Below, piece after piece: positions 46,595 through 57,494 of a DNA stretch of 64,000 nt. Positions within the stretch are counted from its first letter, which is position 1. Each line of letters starts with the position of its first letter. A model generated the notes under the pieces. That model saw nothing but the letters and a program-made list of their open reading frames with translations. It was not told where the DNA came from and searched no databases. Origin of the DNA: an uncultured Collinsella sp. (GTDB lineage Bacteria; Actinomycetota; Coriobacteriia; Coriobacteriales; Coriobacteriaceae); NCBI GenBank assembly GCA_900543275.1, contig UQQL01000001.1, positions 39,674-103,673 of the forward strand, in the 5' to 3' direction. Made by a program: the position numbers and the translations under genes.

Positions 46595-47353
46595 CTACTC
46601 GCCGCTGGACGCGACCGTCTGACCTTCGACGCCGCTAAACCCAAACAGCATGTCGAGCGTCTGAATGTACCACGGCACGTCCTTGCCGACCTCTTCGATC
46701 TCTTTGGCCACTTCGCTGGCCTTCTTGGCGTTTGAGGACTTTTTGCTCGACGACGAATCCGAATCCTCGTCCAGACCCTGTACTTCAATCCTCTTTTCGC
46801 CGGGCATCACCATGCCCAGTTCCCGTGCCCGATCCTTAATGCCCTCTTCCGAGAGCCACTTGTCAGTGTCTTTTTTCATCTCGTCTCTGTATTGCTCGCG
46901 AATCTCGACCTGCTTGGCCAAGATGTCGCTCGAACGCTTTGCCACGTACAGATCGCGCACGGGGAAATACAGGCTCACGAGCACCAGCGCCACCACGATA
47001 CCGATAAACAGCGGACGCAGAGGGCCATGCGTAAAGTCATAGATCGCCTTGACCACCGCGTTGTCGTTGGCGTAATGCATAAAGTCCGAGCCCGAAAGAC
47101 GGTTCGAGGGCCTACTCGATTTGTCGTGTGCTTGAGTCGAGGGACGCGACGCATGCGACGAACGTGCCGGGCGCACCGGTCCATCTGCCAAGGTATTTGA
47201 TTGAGCATTGGGGCGCGAGGTACTTGTCGGGCGCTGCGCGGGGCGGTCGACGCCGGCGTAGGCGGACCCACCGAGCTGCACCGTGCGCGCACGGCGAGGC
47301 GACGGCTCACGCGAACCGGCGGAATAGTGCCTGTTGTCGTAAATCTGATCCAT
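46595..47353 (-). CDS. septum formation initiator (FtsB/DivIC-like) family protein with a disordered N-terminus
   Basis: Single TM helix then a coiled-coil (LYVAKRSSDILAKQVEIREQYRDEMKK). Sits between eno and ppx as in other Actinobacteria. Confidence 0.6.
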   Translation of the reverse strand: MDQIYDNRHYSAGSREPSPRRARTVQLGGSAYAGVDRPAQRPTSTSRPNAQSNTLADGPVRPARSSHASRPSTQAHDKSSRPSNRLSGSDFMHYANDNAVVKAIYDFTHGPLRPLFIGIVVALVLVSLYFPVRDLYVAKRSSDILAKQVEIREQYRDEMKKDTDKWLSEEGIKDRARELGMVMPGEKRIEVQGLDEDSDSSSSKKSSNAKKASEVAKEIEEVGKDVPWYIQTLDMLFGFSGVEGQTVASSGE

Positions 47354-47548
47354 GTGCGCCTTGTGCGGTTGAGGTTTGTTTGCGCTAAGTCCTTTAGTTA
47401 TAGCACGAGCGCCCGCACCGCCTTCGCCAGCCTTTGCTCGACATAAAAAAGGCGCTGAGCCATATGGCCCAGCGCCCACAGCGCTTTGCGGCGTCCAGCC
47501 AAGGCGGGGCGGAACCGAGTCAGCCTCCTCCTCGCCAAATTCGCCCGT

Positions 47549-48850
<1,302 letters not shown>

Positions 48851-49027
48851 TCACTTGGAAACATAGTGGATGCAAGCGACCGGCTGACCGTGCACCGTCG
48901 GTGCGCCTCCGTAAGTTAGCCATGTCGCACTTTTTGCATTATGCCCTAAGTTAGCCGAGGGATACACTTGATTTTCGAAAAATTTAGCGGGAACGATGAG
49001 GCGTGTCAGCCCGTCGTTCCCGCAGTC

Positions 49028-49888
49028 TTACTCCTCCGCCTTTGCGGCATCCCACAGGTCGTTAAGGCCGTGGGTCGAAAGCTCGGCAAGATCCACGTGG
49101 GCGTCAGCCGCCATCTGCTCCATCGCAGCCCAGCGGCGGCGGAACTTGGCCGTGCTCGCGCGCAGGGCACTCTCGGCGTCAATCCCCTCTTTGCGCGCAA
49201 CGTTGACTAGGGCAAAGAGCAGGTCGCCAAACTCCATCTCGCGCTCGGGCGAGCCGGGCTCCTCGGCCTCAAACTCGGCACGCTCCTCGGCGACCTCGTC
49301 CCACACATCCTGGACCGTCTCCCACTCAAAGCCCACGGCCGCCGCCTTGCGCGACACCTTCTGAGCTTGCATCAGCGCCGGCAGGTGCGTGGGCACGCCG
49401 TCGAGCAGGCCTTCGGGCGCAGCCTCGTCCGCCGCCACAGCCTTGTCCTTGGCAGCCTTCTCGGCAAGCTTGACCTCATCCCAGATCTTGAGCACCTCGT
49501 CGGGGTTGTCGGCATCCGCATCGCCAAACACGTGCGGGTGGCGGCGAATGAGCTTGGCGTCGATATCGCGCGCCACGTCGGCCAGCGTAAACTCGCCGGC
49601 GTCCGCCGCAATCTGCGCATGCAGCACCACCTGCATGAGCACGTCGCCCAGCTCCTCGCGCAGATGCGTGGCATCGTCGGCCTCGATACAGTCGAGCGCC
49701 TCATAGGCCTCCTCGATCATGTTCTTGCCAATGCTACGGTGCGTCTGCTCACGGTCCCACGGACAGCCGTCGGGCTGACGCAGGCGCCAGATGGTCTGCA
49801 CCAGATGCTGCAGCTCGGCCGACGCGTCGACCAGCGTAGACAGGTCGCGCGAGCCCTCGGCATTTTGCTGAGCCATGTGCTGCGCCAT
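49028..49888 (-). CDS. mazG: MazG-family nucleoside triphosphate pyrophosphohydrolase
   Basis: Two MazG EExxE motifs (EEAYEALDC, EELGDVLMQV); GGAGGAGG RBS. Confidence 0.85.
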   Translation of the reverse strand: MAQHMAQQNAEGSRDLSTLVDASAELQHLVQTIWRLRQPDGCPWDREQTHRSIGKNMIEEAYEALDCIEADDATHLREELGDVLMQVVLHAQIAADAGEFTLADVARDIDAKLIRRHPHVFGDADADNPDEVLKIWDEVKLAEKAAKDKAVAADEAAPEGLLDGVPTHLPALMQAQKVSRKAAAVGFEWETVQDVWDEVAEERAEFEAEEPGSPEREMEFGDLLFALVNVARKEGIDAESALRASTAKFRRRWAAMEQMAADAHVDLAELSTHGLNDLWDAAKAEE

Positions 49889-49890
49889 GG

Positions 49891-50439
49891 TTATTCCTCC
49901 TCCAGGATCACGTGACGGAACGCGCCGCCCTCGTAGATGCCGTAGCTGTGCGTACCGTCCTTGGGAATGCTCACGCTGCCGGGGTTGAAGAGCCACAGGC
50001 CCGGGTGCGCCTCGCTTGCCTCGTTAACCTTGATATGCGTGTGGCCGTAGACGAGCGCGGAGCCCTCGGGCAGCGCGGGCGCGTGGTCGACGCTGTTGTG
50101 CATGCCGGCGCCAAAGACGTGGCCGTGCGTCAGGAACAGCTCGCGGCCGGTCTCGTCGAACAGCGTGGCGTAGTCCGCCATGACGGGGAAGTCGAGCACC
50201 ATCTGGTCGACTTCGGCGTCGCAGTTGCCGCGCACCGCGATGATGCGGTCGGCCAGGGCGTTGAGCAGCGGAATCACGCGCTTGGGGGCGTAATCGCGCG
50301 GCAGGTCGTTGCGCGGGCCGTGGTAGAGCAGGTCGCCTAGCAGCACGATGCGGTCGGGCTGCTCGGACTCGATGGCGGTGCAGAGGCGCTCAGTCCAATA
50401 TGCCGAGCCGTGAATGTCGGAGGCGATGAGGTATTTCAT
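49891..50439 (-). CDS. YfcE-like metallophosphoesterase
   Basis: MKYLIASDIHGS, LGDLLYHGP, GNCD and GHTH motifs; AAAGGA RBS. Confidence 0.8.
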   Translation of the reverse strand: MKYLIASDIHGSAYWTERLCTAIESEQPDRIVLLGDLLYHGPRNDLPRDYAPKRVIPLLNALADRIIAVRGNCDAEVDQMVLDFPVMADYATLFDETGRELFLTHGHVFGAGMHNSVDHAPALPEGSALVYGHTHIKVNEASEAHPGLWLFNPGSVSIPKDGTHSYGIYEGGAFRHVILEEE

Positions 50440-50512
50440 GGGGAGTCCTTTCGGTGTGGGGTTGATGGGGGCTGAATACGGAGTCCAGCGGATGTGGAGC
50501 CCATCTACTGTG

Positions 50513-51037
50513 TTACTCAAATCGAAGCGCCGCACTCTGAGCCGCCTGCATCACGCGTTGGAGCGGCACGCCATGTTCGCGGGCAAGACGGGCGCAATCC
50601 TCGTACTCGGGAGCCGCGCGCTCGCTGCCGTCTGGCAGGGTCGCCACCTTAACGGACACCTCGCCCCAAGGCGTCGCTACCTGCTCAAAACGACGCGGCA
50701 GGCAAACGCGTTCCATCACCTGGCGACGAACGGCGTTGGTCGTGGTTTCCAAAAAGATAATCGTCTGCAGGCGTTCGATATCCTCATGCGAGCAGATCAC
50801 CTGCAGCTGCCAGCCGGGGCGGCCTTTTTTGCAGTAGAGGGGCAGCCAGTGCACCTCGCGGGCGCCTGCCTCGCGCAGGCGGTCGGCGGCATAGGCGAGC
50901 ACCTCGGGCGACGCGTCGTCAATATCGCACTCCAGCTTGACGATGGTTTCGGGCGCATCGGTCTCGCGGGACAGCGGAGATGTACTTCCACGTTGCATAC
51001 GGTCCGGATCCTTTCCGCACGGGCTCGTTTTGTTCAT
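50513..51037 (-). CDS. LarC-family (DUF111) C-terminal region only; truncated or standalone fragment
   Basis: Contains the LarC-type IVKLECDIDDASPE motif and downstream region, but the roughly 220-aa N-terminal part is absent. No upstream ORF supplies it. Confidence 0.4.
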   Translation of the reverse strand: MNKTSPCGKDPDRMQRGSTSPLSRETDAPETIVKLECDIDDASPEVLAYAADRLREAGAREVHWLPLYCKKGRPGWQLQVICSHEDIERLQTIIFLETTTNAVRRQVMERVCLPRRFEQVATPWGEVSVKVATLPDGSERAAPEYEDCARLAREHGVPLQRVMQAAQSAALRFE

Positions 51038-51129
51038 CCAAACGCTAGCACATCACGGGCGGCGCAGGGGCGGCGTCATGGGATAGGCGCGACTTTCGTC
51101 CGTCGTCACCCTCGCCCTCATCCAAACAT

Positions 51130-51182
51130 GTACGTCAGCCTCCAAACATGTCATTTTTTGCAGCTTTTGGAGGCTGACGTAC
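51130..51182 (+). repeat. 17-bp perfect inverted repeat hairpin upstream of the ABC exporter gene
   Basis: gtacgtcagcctccaaa (20-nt loop) tttggaggctgacgtac, followed by acgttttgg. Confidence 0.55.
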
Positions 51183-51400
51183 ACGTTTTGGAGCGGGGCC
51201 ACACACGATCAAAATTGCGCCCGCACTCCGTCCACCACAAAGTTCGCCGCACTCAACAATTTTGAACTTTCTACGCAGTTCATCGGCTAAAAATTACCCT
51301 CGGCATACTTATCCGCTGCACGATGTTACTCTAGTTGCATTTGGCTAACTAAGCGGCTGCCGACGACCCAGCCCGGCACCGTTACGGCATAGGAGGTTTC

Positions 51401-54400
51401 ATGTTCGAGAAGCGGCTCTTCTCCCTGGTTCCGCAGGCAACGCCCTACATTATGGCAAGCGTCCTGTTTAAGTGGATCGCGCTCATGGCAAACATCACGG
51501 TGATGTGGATGCTTGCGCGCATCTTGGGCGGCATCGTCACGAACGGTCTTTCCGCCGCGCTCGCCGTCGATGCCCTCGCACAGGCGGCCTTGCCGCTCGC
51601 CGCCGCCATCATCGTGCGCGCCGCCTCCATCTACCTGGCCCAACGCGCCGGCGACAAGGCCGCGTTCGAGGCCGTCCGCCGCGTGCGCTCGCTCGTCTAC
51701 GACAAGCTCACCGCACTCGGCCCCTCCTACACCGAAACCGTCCCCACCGCCGAGGCCGTCCAGACCAGCGTCGAGGGCGCCACGCAACTCCAGGTGTACT
51801 TTGGCGGTTACCTGCCGCAGCTCTTCTTTGCCGGTTTGGCACCCATCACGCTGTTTGTACTGCTCGTGGGCCAAGCGGGTCTTCCCGCCGCGCTACTGCT
51901 CGCCTGCGTTCCGGTCATCCCCGTCTCCATCATGATGGTCATGCGCAACGCCAAAAAGATCGGTGCCGAGTACTGGGGCAGCTATGTCGATCTTGGCGGC
52001 ATGTTCCTGGAGGCCGTGCAGGGTCTCACCACCCTTAAGGTCTACCAGGCCGATCGCAGCTGGCACGAGCGCATCAACGCCGAGTCCGAGCGTTTCCGCA
52101 CAGCGACCATGCGCCTGCTGGTGATGCAGCTGCGCTCCATTTGCGTTATGGACCTGGTCGTCTATATGGGCGCCGCGCTCGGCATTATCGTAGCCACGCT
52201 GCAGCTCGCCACGGGCAAGATTGGCTTTGAGGCTGCCTTCCTCATCGTCTTTCTGTCGCAGGAGTTCTTTTTGCCCATGCGCCGCCTGGGATCGCTGTTC
52301 CACACGGCCATGAACGGCATGGCCGCCTCGCGCCGCATGTTTGGCATTTTGGATACGCCCGAGTCCGAGCGCGGCGATGTTGAGCTTGACGGTCGCGGCG
52401 ATATCGAGCTCACGGACGTGAGCTATGCCTACGGCGACCGCACGGTGCTGGACAGCGCCAGCGCGACCATTGCGCACGGCTCGCTCGTGGCACTCGTGGG
52501 CGAAAGCGGCGGCGGCAAATCTACGCTCGCGGGGATTATCGCGGGCCGCAAGGGTGCCTACCGCGGCAGCGTGCGCATTGGCGGCGTCGAGCTGCGCGAT
52601 GCCACGGCCACCTCACTCATGCGCGCCGTCACGCTGGTGCCCACCAACGGCTACCTGTTTGCCGGCACCCTGCGCGACAACCTGCTGCTCGCCCAGCCCA
52701 GCGCCACCGATACCGAGCTTTTGCGCGCACTCGACCGCACGCGCGTGGCGGCCTTTGTGCAGGCCAACGGCGGGCTCGACATGGTGATTAACGAGGGCGG
52801 CACCAACCTTTCGGGTGGCCAGCGCCAACGCGTGTGCATGGCACGCGCCCTGCTGCACGACTCGCCCATCTATGTGTTTGACGAGGCGACGAGCAATGTG
52901 GACGCTGCGAGCGAAGCCGCGATCGGCGAGGTCATCGCATCGCTTGCCGGCGAGCACACTGTAATTGTGGTGGCACACCGCCTGTCGACGATCGTGGACG
53001 CCGACCAGATTCTGGTGCTGGAACGCGGTCGCATTGTCGAGCACGGGACTCACGGCGAGCTCTTGGCAACCGCGGGCGCCTATGCGCGCATGTGGAACAG
53101 CCAGGAGCAGCTCTCGGCATATGCGTATGCGGAGGATGATGCCGAGGATGCCGGCGCGGTTGAGGCTGTTGACGGCAGCACCGCCCGTGCCGATGGCCTC
53201 AACGGTGCCGGCTCGTCTTCCGCTGCCGCGGCGCCTGACTCCGGCCGCGCCCGTCGCTCGGCGCCGTCCATCATGTGGCGCATGATGGGGCTCGTCCGAC
53301 CGCTTGCCGGCTGGCTTGTGCTAGCCGTCGCGCTGGGCAGCATTGGTATGCTCACTGCCGCGTTCGTGCCGGCCTTTGGCGCCCTTGGCCTTATGGCCGC
53401 GCTGGGCCGCTACGCCTTGGGGCTTGGTCTGATCGCAGCATGCGCGGCCTGTGCCGCCTGCGGCATCGCACGCGGGCCGCTCCACTACGGCGAGCAGCTC
53501 TGCAACCACTACATCGCGTTTCGCCTGCTCGCGCACATCCGCGACTTGGTGTTTGGCGCCCTGCGCCAGCTCGCCCCCGCCAAGCTCGAGGGCCGCGGCA
53601 AGGGCGATCTCGTGAGCCTGGTCACCTCGGATATCGAGCTGCTCGAGGTCTTCTACGCGCACACCATCTCGCCCATTGCCATCGCTCTGGTCTGCACCGT
53701 TGTGTTTGAGGGCTTTTTGCTGGCTGTGAGCCCCGAGCTCGCGGGCATCGCGCTCGTGGCCTACGCGGTCCTGGGCGTGCTACTGCCCCTGACCTCGGCC
53801 AAGGCATGCGGCACCACTGGCCGCCAGAGCCGCGAGGGCGCCGGTAAGCTGGGTGCCTTTGTGCTCGACAGTCTACGCGGCGCGTCCGAGACTATCCAGT
53901 TTGCCGGTGGCGCCGATCGCAGCCGTGCCCTGGGCAAGCTGACCGAGCAAGTCGGCGCCGTGGACGCGCGCCTCAAGCGCCGCCAGGCGGCCAGCGAGGC
54001 CGTAGCCGATGCGCTTATTCTTGCGGCCAATCTGGTGATGCTCGGGCGAGCGCTGCAGCTGGTGGCTGCGGGAACGATCGATTTTGCCGCAGCGTTTGTC
54101 GCCGTCTTTACCTTTGTGTCGTCGTTTGGCTCGGTGATGGCCGTGAGCCGCCTGGGCGCCTCACTGCAGGAGACGCTCGCCTCGGGCGCACGCGTGCTCG
54201 ATTTGCTCGACGAGCAGCCCCAGTGCGCCGAGGTCGCCGATGGACAGGACGTTGAGTTTGCCGGCGCCGCAGCCGAGCATGTGAGCTTTAGCTATGCGGA
54301 CGGCGTGGACGCGGGTGGTGCCGACGCCACAGAGCAGGCCGCGAATGACCCCGCTTCGAGTCTCATCCTCGACGACGTGACCTGCACCTTTGCGCCCGGC

Positions 54401-54967
54401 ACCATGACCTGCATCATGGGGCGCTCGGGCTCGGGCAAGTCGACGCTGCTTAAGCTGCTCATGCGTTTTTGGGACCCCGCAGCCGGCACCATCACGGTGA
54501 GCGGCGTCGATGCCCGCCACATCAACACGGCGAGCCTGCGCAGCCACGAGGCCTATATGACCCAGGACACACATCTGTTCTGCGGCACCGTACGCGAGAA
54601 TCTGCTGGTCGCGCGCGCCAACGCCACCAATGCCGAGCTGCTCGACGCTTGCCGCTCCGCCTCACTCACCACGCTCATCGACCGCCTGCCGCAGGGTCTC
54701 GACACCCCGGTTGCCGAGCTAGGCGACTCGCTCTCGGGAGGCGAGCGCCAGCGCATCGGCCTTGCGCGTATCTTCCTCAACGACGCACCCTTCATCTTGC
54801 TCGACGAGCCCACCAGCGCACTCGACGCTCTCAACGAGGCAGCCGTAATGCAGGCCGTTGACGAGCTCAAGCGCCGCGGCAAGACCATCGTGCTCGTAAG
54901 CCATCGCGCCAGCACCTGCGCCTTTGCCGATTTCTCGCTTTCGGTCGAGCACGGGAGGCTGAGCTAG
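51401..54967 (+). CDS. fused two-half ABC exporter (CydD-like plus CydC-like; thiol-reductant exporter family)
   Basis: Two TMD-NBD units. Each has Walker A (GESGGGKST, GRSGSGKST), signature LSGGQ/LSGGE and Walker B. AGGAGG RBS. Confidence 0.85.
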   Translation: MFEKRLFSLVPQATPYIMASVLFKWIALMANITVMWMLARILGGIVTNGLSAALAVDALAQAALPLAAAIIVRAASIYLAQRAGDKAAFEAVRRVRSLVYDKLTALGPSYTETVPTAEAVQTSVEGATQLQVYFGGYLPQLFFAGLAPITLFVLLVGQAGLPAALLLACVPVIPVSIMMVMRNAKKIGAEYWGSYVDLGGMFLEAVQGLTTLKVYQADRSWHERINAESERFRTATMRLLVMQLRSICVMDLVVYMGAALGIIVATLQLATGKIGFEAAFLIVFLSQEFFLPMRRLGSLFHTAMNGMAASRRMFGILDTPESERGDVELDGRGDIELTDVSYAYGDRTVLDSASATIAHGSLVALVGESGGGKSTLAGIIAGRKGAYRGSVRIGGVELRDATATSLMRAVTLVPTNGYLFAGTLRDNLLLAQPSATDTELLRALDRTRVAAFVQANGGLDMVINEGGTNLSGGQRQRVCMARALLHDSPIYVFDEATSNVDAASEAAIGEVIASLAGEHTVIVVAHRLSTIVDADQILVLERGRIVEHGTHGELLATAGAYARMWNSQEQLSAYAYAEDDAEDAGAVEAVDGSTARADGLNGAGSSSAAAAPDSGRARRSAPSIMWRMMGLVRPLAGWLVLAVALGSIGMLTAAFVPAFGALGLMAALGRYALGLGLIAACAACAACGIARGPLHYGEQLCNHYIAFRLLAHIRDLVFGALRQLAPAKLEGRGKGDLVSLVTSDIELLEVFYAHTISPIAIALVCTVVFEGFLLAVSPELAGIALVAYAVLGVLLPLTSAKACGTTGRQSREGAGKLGAFVLDSLRGASETIQFAGGADRSRALGKLTEQVGAVDARLKRRQAASEAVADALILAANLVMLGRALQLVAAGTIDFAAAFVAVFTFVSSFGSVMAVSRLGASLQETLASGARVLDLLDEQPQCAEVADGQDVEFAGAAAEHVSFSYADGVDAGGADATEQAANDPASSLILDDVTCTFAPGTMTCIMGRSGSGKSTLLKLLMRFWDPAAGTITVSGVDARHINTASLRSHEAYMTQDTHLFCGTVRENLLVARANATNAELLDACRSASLTTLIDRLPQGLDTPVAELGDSLSGGERQRIGLARIFLNDAPFILLDEPTSALDALNEAAVMQAVDELKRRGKTIVLVSHRASTCAFADFSLSVEHGRLS

Positions 54968-55387
54968 ATGGCGCGCACCGCCGACACACCGGAGCTGGCA
55001 CGCAAACGTGAGCGCGAGGCCCAAATGGTGTCGCAGATGATTGCGCTGTGGTGCCGCGGGCATCATGGCGGCGGGCATGCGATCGAGCAGGCTGGCGACG
55101 ATGAGCCCGCGCGCGTGAAGCTCGGCCTTCGGACCATTACGCTCTGCCCCGAATGCGCCGAGCTGCAGAAATACGCCATCGCGCGCATTGAGCACTGCCC
55201 GCACATGGGCACCAAGACATTTTGCTCGGCCTGTCCTTCGCATTGTTACCGGCCTGCCATGCGCGAGAAGATACGCGAGGTCATGCGCTGGTCGGGACCG
55301 CGTATGATCCGCTATCGCCCCATCACCGCCGTGCGGCACGCGATGGTAACGGTGCAGGCCAAACGCGTGGCGGCACGAAGCAAGTAG
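54968..55387 (+). CDS. nitrous-oxide-stimulated-promoter (YgbA-like) family Cys-rich protein
   Basis: LWCRGHHGG...LCPECAEL...CPHMGTKTFCSACPSHCYRP...MRWSGPRM pattern. ATG directly abuts the ABC exporter's stop. Confidence 0.65.
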   Translation: MARTADTPELARKREREAQMVSQMIALWCRGHHGGGHAIEQAGDDEPARVKLGLRTITLCPECAELQKYAIARIEHCPHMGTKTFCSACPSHCYRPAMREKIREVMRWSGPRMIRYRPITAVRHAMVTVQAKRVAARSK

Positions 55388-55506
55388 TCGCCGGCGCCGG
55401 CACGCGCCGCCTGCCCTTTCCAGTCGGTTTCGACTTGCAGCGTTCCCGCCGCGCCGAGGCTGCGCCATTACAATGGAACGGATTCGCCAAATGCAAAGGA
55501 GCCGCC

Positions 55507-56418
55507 ATGTCCGCTTGCCCGCTGGTCGATTGTCACACCCACACCTCGTTTTCGGATGGCCATGCCTCGTTTGAGGACAACGTCCGCGCTGCTGCCGCCG
55601 CCGGCTGCCGCGTTATGGTCTCGACTGACCACCTCACCCTGCCCGCCAGCATGGACGCCAACTGCGAAGTGCAGGTTGTCGAGGGCGACCTGACGGCGCA
55701 TCGCCTGGCGTTTGAGGACGCCCGCAGGCTTGCCGCGCAAATCGCGCCGGAGCTTGAGCTTATCTATGGCTTTGAATGCGACTGGTACGAAGGTTGCGAG
55801 CCTTTGGTTGAGGGCTGGTCCGCGGGTGCCATAGTGCGCTTGGGCAGTGTGCACTGGATTGGCGACCCGGGCGATATCATGGCCGGCGCTGCGGGTACGG
55901 CGGGAACGGAGGGCGTCGCTCGCCCTGATACGCCCGATTCGCTCTGCGGCTGGATCGACGACGACACCAACCTGCATGTTTGGGAAAACCTGGGCGTGCG
56001 CGGCGTGTGGGAGCGCTACGTCGACGACTGGTGCCGTGCTTGCGAAAGCTCACTCAACTTTGATGTAATGGCCCATCCCGACCTGGTCATGCGCTTTTCG
56101 AAGGAAGGCTTTGCGCCCGACTTTGACCCCGCGCCGTTTTGGCAGCAGATGGCCGAGTGCGCCCATGACACGGGCCGGCGCGTTGAGGTCTCGACCGCCG
56201 CACCGCGCAAGGGCCTCGATGACTACTATCCCGCGACCGGATTGCTGCGTTGCTTCGCCCACGCCGAGGTGCCAATCACCTTTGGCTCGGACGCACACCG
56301 CGCCTGTGACATCTGTTGGAATATCCGCGAAGCGCAGGCCCACGCCTACGACTGCGGTTATCGAACCTTCGACATCCCCCACCCCACCGGAGAATGGGAG
56401 TCCACGCCCCTCGCCTAA
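55507..56418 (+). CDS. hisK: PHP-family histidinol-phosphatase (HisJ/HisK type)
   Basis: PHP motifs (VDCHTHTSFSDGH, MVSTDH, FGSDAH). Adjacent to the his operon. AAAGGAG RBS. Confidence 0.7.
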   Translation: MSACPLVDCHTHTSFSDGHASFEDNVRAAAAAGCRVMVSTDHLTLPASMDANCEVQVVEGDLTAHRLAFEDARRLAAQIAPELELIYGFECDWYEGCEPLVEGWSAGAIVRLGSVHWIGDPGDIMAGAAGTAGTEGVARPDTPDSLCGWIDDDTNLHVWENLGVRGVWERYVDDWCRACESSLNFDVMAHPDLVMRFSKEGFAPDFDPAPFWQQMAECAHDTGRRVEVSTAAPRKGLDDYYPATGLLRCFAHAEVPITFGSDAHRACDICWNIREAQAHAYDCGYRTFDIPHPTGEWESTPLA

Positions 56419-56421
56419 GAT

Positions 56422-56450
56422 TAGTCGTTGGGGACGTTCTTAAACGACTA
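56422..56450 (+). repeat. family A hairpin motif copy 5 (tagtcgtt-GGGGACGTTCTTAA-acgacta)
   Basis: Same loop as copy 2. The stem carries compensatory changes (cat/atg to cgt/acg). Overlaps the hisE stop codon. Confidence 0.6.
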
Positions 56451-56765
56451 GTGGCGGCGGGCATTGAGTTCGCCGGCCAGTTCGTCGAGGGTGATGCCGT
56501 AGCGTTCGAGTGTCACGAGCAAGTGATAGATCAGGTCGCCGGCCTCGTAGCGAATGTGATCGTGGTCGTTATCCTTGCAAGCCATGATAACCTCGCTCGC
56601 CTCCTCGGCAAGCTTCTTGAGCAGCTCGTCCTCGACATCGGTCAGCAGACGGGCGGTATAGCTCTCCTGCGGCGACGCATCGCGACGGCCGTGAATCACC
56701 TCAGCAAGGCCGGTCAAGGTCTCGCCGATATTTCCCGGCTGCACGTTAGCGGTTCTGACTCCCAT
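56448..56765 (-). CDS. hisE: phosphoribosyl-ATP pyrophosphatase
   Basis: MazG-like HisE (LAEEASEVIMAC...EAGDLIYHLLV). Confidence 0.9.
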   Translation of the reverse strand: MGVRTANVQPGNIGETLTGLAEVIHGRRDASPQESYTARLLTDVEDELLKKLAEEASEVIMACKDNDHDHIRYEAGDLIYHLLVTLERYGITLDELAGELNARRH

Positions 56766-56780
56766 GGTTATTTCCTCTCG

Positions 56781-57008
56781 TTACTGCAGCGTAAAGTAGG
56801 TACCGGCCTCATCGAACCGAGGCTTTGCACCCTTCTTCCCAAAGAACCCATCGATGACGGCATGGGCCTCATCGAGCCTTTCTTTCTCGGTCTCGAGCCA
56901 AAGCGACTGTGCCCCGCAGGCATCGGTCAGATGCACGCGGCACGGCACGCCCGCACGGAGGAGCTCGGCGTTACAATCGGCGACTTCGAACGGCGTCACG
57001 ACCCTCAT
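56781..57008 (-). CDS. small hypothetical protein (75 aa, possibly DUF2007-like), translationally coupled to hisI
   Basis: ATGA overlap with the hisI stop. GGGGGAG lies 4 nt upstream. A beta-alpha-beta-like pattern. Confidence 0.5.
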   Translation of the reverse strand: MRVVTPFEVADCNAELLRAGVPCRVHLTDACGAQSLWLETEKERLDEAHAVIDGFFGKKGAKPRFDEAGTYFTLQ

Positions 57009-57349
57009 CGCGCTCCCCCTTCCACGCGCTTAAAGAAGCAGGTACGGTTGCCGGTGTGGCAGGCCGGACCCGGCGAGTCGACCTTGACCAGCAGCGTATC
57101 GCTATCGCAGTCGGCCCAGAGTTCCTTGACCTCCTGCATATTGCCGCTCGTCGCGCCCTTGTTCCAGAGCTCTTGGCGGCTGCGGCTCCAAAACCACGTG
57201 GTGCCGGTCTTGAGCGTCAGCCCCACCGATTCCTCATTCATCCAAGCAACCATAAGCACCTCACCGGTGTCATACTGCTGAACCACACAGGGAATCAGCC
57301 CGCGGGCGTCGTATTTAAGATCAGCAGCTTCTACTACCTCAGTCATCAT
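57005..57349 (-). CDS. hisI: phosphoribosyl-AMP cyclohydrolase
   Basis: [24 protein letters not shown] and CHTG zinc motif. The ATG at 57349/57346 after GGGAG is preferred over the TTG in the track. Confidence 0.9.
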   Translation of the reverse strand: MMTEVVEAADLKYDARGLIPCVVQQYDTGEVLMVAWMNEESVGLTLKTGTTWFWSRSRQELWNKGATSGNMQEVKELWADCDSDTLLVKVDSPGPACHTGNRTCFFKRVEGGAR

Positions 57350-57395
57350 TTCTCCCAAGTAATAACAGTAAGCCCCACAGGTCGGCGAGGGTTGT

Positions 57396-57488
57396 CCAGG
57401 TGCCGCAGGTTGCCGCGAAAGAGGAGCGACGCGTACTTTGGTACGCGAGCGACGGTTTGAGCGGCAAGATGCGGTGCCTGGGCAAGCC
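57396..57488 (-). ncRNA. candidate structured RNA element (family B copy B), between hisF and hisI
   Basis: Paralogous to 29559..29652. Covarying helices: CCAGG/CCTGG, CCGCA/TGCGG and TTGCCGC/GCGGCAA here, versus CCAAG/CTTGG, CCCGA/TCGGG and TTGCCCC/GGGGCAA in copy A. Confidence 0.5.
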
Positions 57489-57494
57489 GCAGCG

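Noticed and set aside
56781-57008. Dismissing the 75-aa ORF between hisI and hisE as noise
   Set aside because: It is kept as a feature because of the ATGA coupling and the strong RBS. The function assignment (DUF2007-like) remains tentative.
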